This document shows, one piece after another, positions 51,638 to 62,393 of a stretch of 64,000 nucleotides of DNA. The stretch covers positions 431,088 to 495,087 of the forward strand of contig CAVPJC010000001.1 of NCBI GenBank assembly GCA_963705155.1, given 5' to 3'. The position numbers and the translations under genes were made by a program. The notes under the pieces are model-generated. The model searched no databases and had not been told where the DNA came from. It saw only the letters and a list, made by a program, of their open reading frames with translations. Each line of letters begins with the position of its first letter. Positions within the stretch are counted from its first letter, which is position 1. The stretch comes from an uncultured Chloroflexia bacterium. GTDB lineage: Bacteria > Chloroflexota > Anaerolineae > Anaerolineales > UBA4823.

Positions 51638-52147
51638 CTGGAGATTGTACACCGGCGTGCTCACCTGGTTGCGGCAGGTCATGCTGCCGTTTCATTGGGG
51701 ATGTCGACTTGATCTTCGAGAAAAAATATACATAAACAAACTCGCAAGCACAACCAATAGTGGAAAATATAAGTTGGTAGCAACAAGCACCTGAATTTTC
51801 CTCACAGAACACAAGGATGGATTTAACCCAAAATAACACCCTCCGATGAGAAGTAAGGAAGCCCCAGGAACTCATCATTAAGCTAATACCGGGCATTAAG
51901 CATAATTTTTTAACCTGTGTTGAATTGGCCAACTCATCCAAATTCTCTGTACGAAAATACCATGCCCTGTAAGATAACCGATGATCATCACACCGAATAA
52001 CGCGGCCTTCTCCGATAAAAAAAAGCCCACACCGGCCATGATCGTTCCAAAAACAACAATCATTTTTACTGCATCCAAGATTAACGGGTGGTGAGTTTTA
52101 TAGTTATTCCTACAATTTGTTATTAACCCACTGTTGTGATTTAGCAT
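51630..52147 (-). pseudogene. AT-rich small hydrophobic protein gene, frameshifted, with its 5' end inside the neighbouring IS terminus
   Basis: Pieces 51896..52147 and 51630..51941. The first ~6 codons (MLNHNS) are encoded by the IS inverted repeat, so the native 5' end is probably lost. Confidence 0.35.
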
Positions 52148-53643
52148 CTGGCGGATCGAACATCATGATGGTAGAGCCGCCTGCTGCTTAGCAAACAGGT
52201 AAGTAAAGATGCTCTCCAAAGATTGACCTTGCAGTAGCTGCACATTAACATACCCAATCAACTTCTGAATAAGGGCTTGACCTTGCTGCCGACACGCCTC
52301 TCCGATGGTTTTGATCGGGAGCTGGCCTTTCTCCGGTGATGGCGGCAAACAATCCAGGTGCAGAAGGGAGTAAGCTGTGAACACCAGACACCAATGTTTT
52401 CCAATGGCTTTAGCGTCTCGCATGCGATACTCATCCAGCCCGAGATGTTCTTTCCCATCCTGATAAAAGGTCTCAATCGGCCAGCGCAGCAAGTACGTGG
52501 CAATGATCTTCTGGGCGTTCCAGTCCACTCGATTGGTCACCAGGGTGAGGTAAGTGCCGGACAAATCCGCATGTTCATAGCTGATGACGATGCGGACTTT
52601 GCCCAAAGACGGGATGCGCAGGCTGAGGGTGAAGGTCCAACAGCTCTTCTGGCCCACTTTGACTTCTCGGTAAGCGTTGGCGGGGATGAGCGCTACCAGC
52701 TCCTGCACGGCGATATGCGGCCCTTCCAGGCTGGATCGGTTGACCCGTCGCATCCTTCAAGGACGAAGCTGTTGGTCTCCAGGTTGCGGTTCTTCTTCAA
52801 GATGCTGATCCAATCCTTTTTGCGGCGTTTGGCCACCTGGATCAACTCGTCCGCCAGATACCAGCCATCAAACAGGAGCACACTGAAGCGCAGCTTATGA
52901 GCAATAGCCGCTTCGATCAGCTCGATGCCCAGTTCGATTTTGGTGCGAAATTGCTCGTGCAGCGCCATAAACTCCGCATCTTGGAGCAAAATGGGATCGA
53001 CTTCGCGATGCATACGATTGCGGTCTTTCTTCTTGGTCGGGATTTCCCGCTCTGGAAGGTGCTTGTGGACAAACTCTTCCCAGCGGGTCAGTTCTTCATA
53101 ACGCCGGTAAATGCGTAAATCAACCGGAAAGCGGACCGGACCGCTGACATAGTGGCTGGTGACGGGATTATGCGCCAGGGGATAGCTATTATCCCCGTGA
53201 TCATAGTGACGGGCCACATAATCGAACAGGCTCCCTACATGCTTGCACAAAGTGTCGTCCAGGATCAATACCGAGCCCTCTTTGCTCTGACGCACCGCTC
53301 TCGTCTGCTCCAGCAGATAGTGGATGCGCCGCTGGTTGACCTGTTCTTCAAACCACGGCGCTTCCGAAAAGTAACGCGAAAGATTGGTCTTGTCGGCGCT
53401 GTCCACCACACAGCGAGCAATGTTGGCCATGCTCTTGTTGGGCAGTACGATCAGCCCCGTCAAGTAATTCTGGAAATGCTGGAACTGACGCCGGTTCTCG
53501 AATAAATCCCGGAATGCCCCAGCATGTGCAGCCACTATCGGAGCAGGCGCCACAATCGGAAGTTGCATGGGTTTGGCCCTCCACAAGATGTCCTGAGTGG
53601 GCTAACCGTATCATGACCGACCTAAATTGTCAAAGTACAACAG
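52131..53643 (-). mobile_element. IS4/IS701-type insertion sequence (boundaries +/-10 bp)
   Basis: Imperfect inverted termini CTGTTGTGATTTAGCA... (52131) and ...TGTCAAAGTACAACAG (53643), with further matches about 40 bp inward. No clean target duplication seen. Confidence 0.6.
52163..53586 (-). pseudogene. IS4/IS701-family DDE transposase, one frameshift
   Basis: Pieces 52693..53586 and 52163..52753 join near 52740. Segments VLILDDT...FDGWY...YLLRWPIETFYQDGKEHLGLDEYRMR (the YREK-type end of IS4-like enzymes). Confidence 0.7.
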
Positions 53644-53660
53644 TCGAGTTATAAATCTAG

Positions 53661-53841
53661 TCGTAGGTTGGGATGGTGGGCAAAAACTATGCTCTTTTTG
53701 AAGGAGCAGCCTGCCCACCATCCCAACATCTATTCCAGGCCAATTTCCTGACCAAAACCACAAGTCGCTCCCCAATCCGCCGGGAAAATCGTTGGGTCTC
53801 GTTGATGCAGTACCAGTGCCCTTACCGATACAGCCAAGCGA
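53661..53841. repeat. MITE-like palindromic repeat, copy 4 (subfamily b)
   Basis: Perfect 16-bp arms at 53667-53682 and 53712-53727. The right end CCCTTACCGATACAGCCAAGCGA is an imperfect inverted copy of the left end. It ends 6 nt before the ppc stop codon. Confidence 0.75.
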
Positions 53842-53847
53842 CTGAAG

Positions 53848-56590
53848 CTATCCGGTATTGCGTAACCCGGCAGCGATACCGTTGATCGTGATGGCGATAA
53901 TCTCGTTGAGCAGATCCGCTTCTGCTGAACCGGCATCGGAGAGGGCTCTTAGCCGGTGGAGCATCTCGACCTGCAAATAGTTCAACGGATCGACATAGGG
54001 GTTGCGCAGCTGCACCGAGCGCTGGATGACGGGTTCGCTCTCCATCAGCTCGCTGTGCCCGCTGACCGCCAGAACAGCCTGGCGTGTGCGCTCGTATTCG
54101 GTCTGTATGGCGGCGAAGATCCGCCCGGCCAGGTCTTGATCTGGAACCAGGGCCGAGTACAGGGCGGCTATCTGCATATCGGCCTTGAGCAGCGACATCT
54201 CGGCGTTGTCGAGCAAGGATTTGAAGAACGGCCAGCGCGTGTACATGCGCTGCAGCCTCTCCAGGCGGCCTGCCGGGGGGTGTGCGTCGAGATAGGCCAG
54301 CAAACCGCTGCCCAGCCCGTACCAGCCCGGCAAATTACAGCGGCTCTGCATCCAGGAGAATACCCACGGTATGGCGCGGATTTTATCGAGATCGCCCGGC
54401 TGCGCCATCCCCGGCAGCCTGGCGCGCCGCCGGGCGCGAACCGATCGAAAGGCGGGAAATCTGCGCCAGCGGGGTGGCTGTTTGCCAGTATTCCAGGAAG
54501 CCCGGTGTTTCGTAGACCAGCCCCCGGTACGCTCGGTAGGCGGCGTCTGCCATGATCGACATGGCGCTGCGCCACTCATCCGGCAGGTGGGCCGCGCCTG
54601 CCGGCTGCGGCGCCGAAGCAAGCAGCACGGCGCTGGCGATCTGCTCCAGATGGCGGTGCGCCAGCTCAGGGTTGGCATAGCGGGACGAGATGATCTCTCC
54701 CTGCTCGGTCAGGCGGAAGTGCCCGTTGACCGTGCCGGACGGCTGGGCGCGGATGGCCCGGTTGGCGGGGCCGCCGCCGCGCGCCACCGTCCCGCCGCGC
54801 CCGTGGAACAGGGTAAAATCCACCCCGTGCTCGCGGCAGGTCAGGTGAATATTCTCTTGCGCCTGGTATAACGCCCAGTTGGCGGTGAGATAACCGCCGT
54901 CTTTGTTGCTGTCGGAATAGCCGATCATCAACATCTGGTGGTTGGCGCAGGTTTGCAGGTGGGCATTGTAGGCGGGCAGATTGGAACAAGGTGTGCAGAA
55001 TATGCGGGGCATCTGCCAGGGCCTGCATGGTTTCGAACAGGGGCACAAGATCCATCCCATCTGCGCAGCCGGTCCAATGCGCCAGCAGGAGCACGCTGAG
55101 CAGGTCGGCGGCGTGCTTGGTCATCGATACCACCACCGGACCCAACAGGGCGCTTCCGTAGACTTTGCGTGCCCGGGAAATGAGCTGGAAGAGCGCCCAG
55201 GTTTCAGCAGTTTCAGGGGTGACGCCAGGGTGCGGGGCCAGGTCGGGCGGATCCCGGGTCAGCAGGTGCTGCAAGAGCGCCAGGCGTTCCTCGCCGGGGG
55301 CGTGCTCGAAAGCCGGGTGGATGCCCAGGCCCCTTAGAATTTCGCCCACGGCAGCGTTTAAGCGTGAAGCGTCTTCGCGAATATCCAACCGGGCAGCGTG
55401 CAAACCAAATATTTGCAGCTGGCGACCGAATTTGAGAATATTACCCCGGTTCAAAGGCTCCGGCATCGCCTGGCGGACCAGCTCCACAGAATGGGTAATC
55501 TCTTCCAGCCGGGCGCGGGCGGGAGCAGGCTGCATGGAGAGCAGGTTGGCGCGCATATCTTCGCGCGAAGCATGCGCCAGGTCTTCTGCCAGCAGGGCCA
55601 GCGCCAGGCGGTAAGGCTCACGGGCATAACGTTTTTCCAGGAAGGCCACGTGCTCTGGCAGGGGGCGGCGGCGCTCGAACCAGGCCTGGAGAGATTTCGG
55701 CGGCGGGACACGCCCGCTGCTGAGGCTCAACTGGCGGGCGAGATCTTGCAGGGAGGCGCGGTGTTTTTCCACGGCGAGACCCCGATGCAATCGCAGGGTT
55801 TCGGCGGTGAATAGAGGTGGTCAAATTGGGGTTGCCATCCCGGTCGCCCCCGATCCAGGAGGCCAGGCGCAGCCAGGGGTGCTCAACAGTCAGCCCGGGG
55901 TAGTGTTTTGCCAGGGCGGCATCCATGTCGGCATAGATGCGCGGCAGCGCTTCCCAGAAGATCGAATCGATGGTGTACAGGCCGGTGCGAACTTCGTCGG
56001 TCACCTCGGGCCGGGCTGTCCGGGTGCGATCCGAAAGCCAGAAGGCGCTGATCTCGATGTGCAAAGCCTGGCGGTATGCCTCGACCTCGACCGGCAGCAA
56101 ATCGGTGCGATTGAGGTTTCTGAGGATCTCGGAGATGCGCTGTGTTTTGGCCAGGATCGTCCGGCGCTTGGTTTCCGTGGGGTGGGCGGTCAATACCAAT
56201 TCGATGGATAACCGCTGGAGCAAGGCTTGCATCTGCGCAGCGCTGACCCCATTTTGTTTCAACTGGGACAACGCCTCTTCGATGCTGTCGTGGCCGGGGG
56301 CGTTTTCACGGTTTTGCTGGCGCAAGGTCTGGACGCGCGAATCCTCTTCCGCCAGGTTGACCAGATCAAAATACAGGCTGAAAGCAGAAGCCACGGCGCG
56401 TGCGGCGCCATCCGGACAGGCCGGCGACTTCCTGCGCCAATTCCTGTGCATCACCATCCGGTGTGCTGCGGCGCTGTTTGGCCAGCCCGCGAATTTTCTC
56501 TACCAGCAGAAAGATCTGAGGGTCTTCACGCTCGGTAATCACCTGCCCGAGCAGATCGCCCAGCAAATGAATTTTTTCGGTCAGGTCCAT
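53848..56590 (-). pseudogene. ppc: Phosphoenolpyruvate carboxylase, at least 4 frameshifts
   Basis: Pieces 56366..56590, 55618..56457, 54666..55790, 54383..55060 and 53848..54678 are collinear with PEPC. Landmarks are VLTAHPTE, MIGYSDSNKDGG, FHGRGGTVARGGGP and the invariant C-terminus NGIAAGLRNTG*. Confidence 0.9.
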
Positions 56591-56710
56591 GCATCAGATT
56601 ATAACTTGGTTCTATTTCGCCCTCGGAGTTTTTGTACCTGACCGGAGATGAGCGTGTGGCAACGCTGCTCCGCATAGGCCCTGTACACGAACTCTGGAAC
56701 GCTGCCGTAA

Positions 56711-56857
56711 CTAATCCTTACGGGCGAATCGATAGATGCCAAATGCCGCCAGCGCAACGACCGACACCGCCACCGAGATGCGCGGATCCCACATTGCACT
56801 GAGCAGGACAAGCAAGGCGGCGACAATGGCTGTAGTACCTTCGGTTTTAGCGTTCAT
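56711..56857 (-). CDS. Possible 48-aa membrane peptide (below the track's size cut-off)
   Basis: GGAGA RBS 5 nt before the ATG at 56857. Translation MNAKTEGTTAIVAALLVLLSAMWDPRISVAVSVVALAAFGIYRFARKD*. Confidence 0.3.
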   Translation of the reverse strand: MNAKTEGTTAIVAALLVLLSAMWDPRISVAVSVVALAAFGIYRFARKD

Positions 56858-56937
56858 TTCAATCTCCATATGGTTGGATAGGGTAAAGTGAACTCTGTGG
56901 GCATCCCGTATGAATGGTTTGCCTGAGTAGTTTCATC

Positions 56938-57491
56938 TCAATTCTGCCGGGACAAAACCCTTTTAATTCGTGGTGTGAGTTGCACGAACACAACAAAAGC
57001 CAGCAGGATGGCGCTGGTGATCCAGCCGCCAATGGCAAAATTGTGCGGCAGCATTTGGCCAATTGCTACACCTCCGCCAAACAGCAAAGCAGCCAGCAGG
57101 CCAAACTCCCACATCCCGTAAAGGAAAACAAACGGCATGTAATGCACGCCGATCACGATCATGAAGGCAGGGAAAAACCAGTTGATGTTATAGAGAGCGG
57201 CGGCTCCCACCAAAGGCATACTGAGCGGGGCAATAAAAGCCACTTGCATTGCCAGCGCATTCATCGGGTGATTGCGGGGCAATCCAGCGGGGCGGCCAAG
57301 CAGCCGCAAAACAAGCTGGGTGAGGGAAAGATGAAAACTCCTCCCAGCACGAGCACCAGGATTGCGTATTTCTGATTGCCCTGGGTACCCAGGGCGGCGG
57401 AGACCAACCAGATCATACCGGATACGGCCTGTCCAACGGAGCCGCGGAGAAAAGTTTTTTGCACATCGAGTTGAGCGGTTTTAATTTCCAT
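56938..57491 (-). pseudogene. Hypothetical polytopic membrane protein, one frameshift
   Basis: Pieces 57261..57491 and 56938..57309 join at a CCC run (...GGVFIFP|LTQLVLRLLGRPAGLPRN...). Confidence 0.5.
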
Positions 57492-57495
57492 TTAT

Positions 57496-58357
57496 TTACT
57501 CCACTAGCAGCAGTTCAGCGACCGGTTTCTTCGATAAATGACGGGGACCAAATATGAATACAGCCGCGACGGTAACCAGGCCCAGCAGCGATCCGGCTAC
57601 CATATAGAACAGCATGGGGGGCATCAGGCCCAGCACACCGGTCAGAAAACCGGTCAGGTTGAAGAAGAAGTGCGCCAGGATCGTGATGATGAGACTGCCG
57701 CGGGTGTTGTTATACAGCCAGGTCAAATAAATCGTTATCGTGGTCACCAGCACCAGGTAGATCGGAAACGGGATGCTCATCTGGGCAGCGCCGGCAGTGA
57801 AGAATAACGGGATATGCCAGAAAGTCCAGATCACCCCCAGAATGAGACTGGAAACCAGGGCGTTATATTTTGTTTGCAAACGCGGCAGGGCGAACCCGCG
57901 CCAGCCCAGTTCTTCGGAAAATGGGCCGGAGAACAGGGTAAAAATGATCGTTCCCAACATGCTTGAAATTGTTTCGCCTGGCTTGAGACTGGCGCTCGGA
58001 TTACCCGAGCGCCTTGTAGATCAGCGTGATCACAAGCGGGGCGAGAAATAGAAATGCCGCCGCGAAATACCAGCGAAAACCCACCTTCCAGCGGGTAAAC
58101 CCGGAAAGGAGACGCCTGACGCCCGGCGCCCCACCGGTGATCCATGTCACGATCAATGCACTGAAGCTGGGGCCGAAAACGGAGAAGAACCAGGCCGCCG
58201 ACCAGGGCTGCAAGGGTTTGCCTGGATTGAAGTAGATGAAACTGAATTGCACGCCAAGTGTGATGGCATAAGAAATACCAAAGAAAGTGATGAGCTGGTG
58301 CTTCTTGATCCAATTTCCAAGAGCGGTATTCATCATATTTTTCCTTGAAAACAACAT
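57496..58357 (-). pseudogene. CPBP-family intramembrane glutamic endopeptidase (CAAX protease/Abi-like), frameshifted
   Basis: Pieces 58001..58357 and 57496..57960. Motifs SEELGWRGFALPRL, FWHIP and AHFFFN. Confidence 0.7.
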
Positions 58358-58394
58358 TTTGTCCTATTATCTGCCGCGCTAGCCCAAGATCAGT

Positions 58395-59387
58395 CTAAAG
58401 ATGAGCTCGTAACCACGAAGTAATGCCATCAACTGCATCCGAGTTCAGCATCACGTCATCCGAACCATAAGTAACCATGACATCGGCAGGGGTGAGCTGT
58501 GAACGGGGTTTGGGCTCGAATTTTAAAACATGGTTGGCGTTTTCCGAATAAGCAATGGTGATATTGTCGTGCTCTCTGGCGACTGCTTCGAAAAGCGAAC
58601 CATCCGTTTGCCAGTCAACCTGGATATCTTTCTTACCCAGAACAATTAAGACCGGAACCATGATTTCGGCCAGCTTCGCAGCCGGATTAAAACTCCACAA
58701 TTCTCGGGAAAAAGGTTGGTTGGCAGGTTGGGTGATTGCCTGGATTACCTGCTGCAAGCCTGCCGGTAAATTTTCATTGATTCGCACAGGACGCCCCGCC
58801 ATGAAATCACCGATAGCTTCGTCGTACGCTGACAGGATCACGTCTCCGCCCGGAACGGCTCCTAATTGGGCGGCAATCTGACTGTGGGCCAGCTCGCCTG
58901 CCGACCTGGCGAACGCGGAAGTCAGGATCATTCCGGCAGAAGGAAGATTTTCGCTCTGGGTTTGATAGTTGAGGGCGTGAACACAGCCTTCACTGTTGGT
59001 CAGGACAAAAATTTTGACCGGATTTACATCCGCATCGCCGGCCAGCAGACTCACCCCGCCGGCCAATTCCGCAGCATGGCCCTGCAGACTGATCTTGCCC
59101 GCCATGCGTTCTACGTATTCTGGAGCATGCTGGCCTGAGGCGCGTTTATCATAGCGCAAGGTGATAAAGCCCTGTTCGGTTAACGCGCGGGCAAGCAAGG
59201 CCCCGCTGCCATTGGTTCCTGGAAGCAGGGGTGTGTTCCAATTGCGGTCCGTCGGGCCGCTCCCCGCCACAAAAATGACTGCGGGAAAGGGACCGGCGCC
59301 CGCCGGGCGGGTCAGGGTCGCGGAAACTGAAAGTTCATCTACTTTCCAGGATACCGGCTCTTCGTTGCTAATGTGATTTGTAGTCAT
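58395..59387 (-). CDS. Alpha/beta-fold hydrolase
   Basis: Intact 330-aa ORF with a nucleophile-elbow-like VLTNSEGC and a C-terminal His context (ANHVLKF). Confidence 0.6.
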   Translation of the reverse strand: MTTNHISNEEPVSWKVDELSVSATLTRPAGAGPFPAVIFVAGSGPTDRNWNTPLLPGTNGSGALLARALTEQGFITLRYDKRASGQHAPEYVERMAGKISLQGHAAELAGGVSLLAGDADVNPVKIFVLTNSEGCVHALNYQTQSENLPSAGMILTSAFARSAGELAHSQIAAQLGAVPGGDVILSAYDEAIGDFMAGRPVRINENLPAGLQQVIQAITQPANQPFSRELWSFNPAAKLAEIMVPVLIVLGKKDIQVDWQTDGSLFEAVAREHDNITIAYSENANHVLKFEPKPRSQLTPADVMVTYGSDDVMLNSDAVDGITSWLRAHL

Positions 59388-59391
59388 CTTT

Positions 59392-60613
59392 TCACTCCTT
59401 GAATTGCATAATGTTCAAATTTAGCTTTTCCACTTCATCCATCCAGCCATAACACGTGGCGCAAGTTTTCATCGAGTTTGGCAGGATCTTTTCATACCCT
59501 TTGGCCAGCTCAGCCAGATGAGCGTAATAACCTGCGAGTTTTTCCAGGGGTGGGTGCGTAATCGAGGTATTTGTCTGGATTTCTTTTTGCAGGCTTGAGA
59601 GGGCGTCCAGCCATTCTTCCACGGGCATCCCCGCTGTTTTCTTGAAATCCCGGATGACCCATTGCCGTTCGAACAGCGAGCGGCGTTTCCAGCCGTCTGA
59701 TTGATCCTTGAGAGTCGTGCGAACGCGTTCACATAACTGCCATGCCTGCTCCCGGTCTTCTGCATTCATGGAGTTTATCTGGAATTTAATCTCCTCAGCG
59801 CCGAAGTTAATATCGGCGGCTTTCAACGCCTGCATGGATGAAATCTCTTGCCCACGGAATTTCTCGGCAAAGACAATGGAGACAGCAAAACCCGCTCCGG
59901 CTTCTTCAATGGTAAGTACAGCGTTCTTGTTCATCGAGAAGAATTCGTCCACAGACATACCCATAGACGGTGCAAGCTTTGCGATTGCATTGGATGCAGT
60001 TTCAGTTGGCACAAGGCCAGGGCCAATACTGAAGGCAATCACCCCGCTGTCTTCCAGTTCAGCATCGAGTGTATTGGCAAGATGCACCTGTGCGGCCTTG
60101 AAAGTTTCGTATCCGCCCAGAAAAGCTGTCCCGGTTGATGAAACACACACAAAGGCGCCGTGCTTCGCGCGCAATCATATCAGGCAGAAAAGTCTTCGCC
60201 ATGAGCACAGGCCCGCGGAGGTTGACGTGATAACTGGCATCCCATTCTTCAATGGGCAAATCCTTGACAGCGCCCACCACGGCAATCGTAGCATTGTTGA
60301 TGACTCCATCCACTTTCCCGAATGAGCGGATGCTCTGGTTATATAATTCTTGCACATTGGCTTCATCACCAACATCGGTTCGGACAAACAAGATGCGTTC
60401 CTCGCTGAATTCATCTCCGAGTGTCTGCGCAGTTTAGCACCAGTTTACCTGGTTAATCTCCGCAATGATCACATTGGCGCCCAGGTAGAGCAGTGCGCGG
60501 GCGGTTTCGTATCCGATGCCTCCACCCGCACCGGTAACCAGAACCGTTTCTCCATGCAGAATATTGGCAGCAAGCCCGAGTTGGGCAATAATCATTGAGT
60601 TTCCCTGTGTCAT
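59392..60613 (-). pseudogene. SDR-family oxidoreductase with extended C-terminal domain, disrupted (in-frame TAA plus frameshift)
   Basis: AGGAG RBS plus ATG at 60613. N-terminus ...ETVLVTGAGGGIGYETARALLYLGANVIIAEIN is a Rossmann TGxxxGIG motif. A stop occurs near 60435. Continuation lies in 60059..60391 (NNATIAVVG) and 59392..60174. Confidence 0.6.
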
Positions 60614-60623
60614 ACAAACTCCT

Positions 60624-61389
60624 TCAGCGCGTGCTTAAATCTTGTTGGCCCTCTCTGGTCTTCGCGGCCATCATCGACATCAGCCTGCCCATCTGAACCC
60701 GCAGGTGATAACTCATCCAGAGCTGGATGCTGTTGATCACGCCCGAGACGAGCACAGGCCGGGTCTTCCCGACCAGTTTTGCCAATCCGCGCCCGACAGT
60801 TTCGGGGTCGGCCATCATCTCGGGTGGGACTCCAAAACCGGCTGAGGAGCGGGTACGTGTCAGCGGTGGGTGCATCACGTTGAAGGTGATGCCGCGCGGT
60901 GCGTATTCCAGGGCCAGCGTGCGGGTGAGCGATTTAATAGCGCCCTTGCTGGATGTGTAACCTGACATCCCGGGCATGCCGGTATACCCCACACCCGAAC
61001 TGATGTTGTGGACAACACCGTATCCCTGCTTTTGCATGACAGGCAGAACAGCTTGAATTGTGTTTAGATAACCATAGAAATTCACTTCCATCTCGCGGCG
61101 GATATCGTCAATGCTACGTTCGTCAAAGACCCTGAACAAAGCCAGGCAGGCATTGTTGACCAGCACATCCACACCCCTGCATTTGTGGACGACATCATCC
61201 ACAACGGATTGGACGCGCTTCGGGGTCGGTGACATCACAGGTGAACGGGAGCAGGTTGGGGAGAGACGGGTCGAGGTTGCCTGTGGTCAGGTCAAGGGCG
61301 GCGACGCTGTCGCCCATGTCCAGCAGGCTTTTCGTCATCGCCAACCCAATGCCATTGTTAGCGCCCGTGATGAGGATGGTGCGATTCAT
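60624..61389 (-). pseudogene. Classical SDR-family oxidoreductase, one frameshift
   Basis: Pieces 61195..61389 (MNRTILITGANNGIGLAM) and 60624..61238 (NNA...SSGVG...YTSSKGAI, i.e. the S-Y-K catalytic pattern) join near 61215. Confidence 0.75.
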
Positions 61390-61399
61390 GATTACTTCC

Positions 61400-62181
61400 T
61401 TACCCCACCTGAACCATGAAGAGAACCGAAGCCAGGTCCATTAACCAGTGCCCGATGATGAGCGGCGTAAGGCGGTGGAGGCGCAGGTAGATGAGCTGCA
61501 GGGCAATGGTCAGGGGTACGAAGGTGATGAAAAGATAAACTGCATGCTGGAAATTGATCCACGGCAGGAAGCTGTGCTGGAGTGACCAGCCAAAACAGAC
61601 CAGCGCCACCGAGAGCCAGGTGCGTCTGGTGAGCGCCTGCAGGCGTGGTAAAGCGTAACCCTGATAGGTCAGCTCCTCCGTGAACGACCAGAGCGGCCAC
61701 CACAGGACACGACTGTAAAGCACCGCCAACAGCGGGAGGGTGCGGATGAACGCGCCTTCGGGAAGCGCAGGCTGCAGGCTGCCGTAAGCGAGCCAACTGG
61801 CAAGCATTCCGCCGCCGAAAACAGTCAGGGGGAAAACAATGATAAAAATGCCCAGGCCGGTCAAAATATCGGTTTTGAGCCTGCTTTTCTCAAAAGAGAC
61901 CAGATCCAACAGCCGGATGCCTTCGCGCGGACCAGCCACAAAAGCAGCGCCAGGCAGCCGAGATCGACCAGCGTGCCAGACACCGTCCACCAGTTGCGGA
62001 CGGTGACAGCGGGAGATGGCATATTCCATTGCAGAAAAATCAGGGTGGTCAATCCCTGGGCCAGGAGGGCGAGAGCAGGGCGAGCCAGCAGCGCCAGCGC
62101 CGGGGCGAAGCGCGGGATGCGCCCACCACCCAGGCGGTTTTGAATGGCTTCAGGTGAGTTAGCGGATGCGAAGGTTGTCAT
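61400..62181 (-). pseudogene. Second CPBP-family intramembrane protease, one frameshift
   Basis: Pieces 61861..62181 and 61400..62029. Motifs TEELTYQGYALPRL, LQHSF and GHWLMD. Confidence 0.65.
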
Positions 62182-62393
62182 GCCGGATTATTCTGTACAG
62201 CTTTGCTTGCGTTCAGCGGAGCTCTCCTTCCCAATATCAGGATAACCTGCACCCAAAAAAACTCCCCCTGCAGATGGGGGAGTTTTTCACTATCCGGGTG
62301 GACAGTTTTTTCAAATCCTGTTCTGAGCCCCGTGTGTCATCTGTGCCAGCATTCTTGATACAATATCTCCATCCCCCCACACAGGAGCCGCAC

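Noticed and set aside
46847-53841. The four hairpin repeats as a CRISPR array
   Set aside because: The units are 160-200 bp and internally structured. They are separated by 0.5-3.8 kb containing genes and IS elements. There are no short regular spacers and no cas genes.
46847-53841. The repeats as canonical integron attC sites (a CALIN-type cassette array)
   Set aside because: The main hairpin has polarity GTTGGG...CCCAAC, whereas attC sites have RYYYAAC...GTTRRRY. The copies are nearly identical in sequence rather than only in structure. No integron integrase is in the window. The cassette-like layout is kept as a separate, hedged finding.
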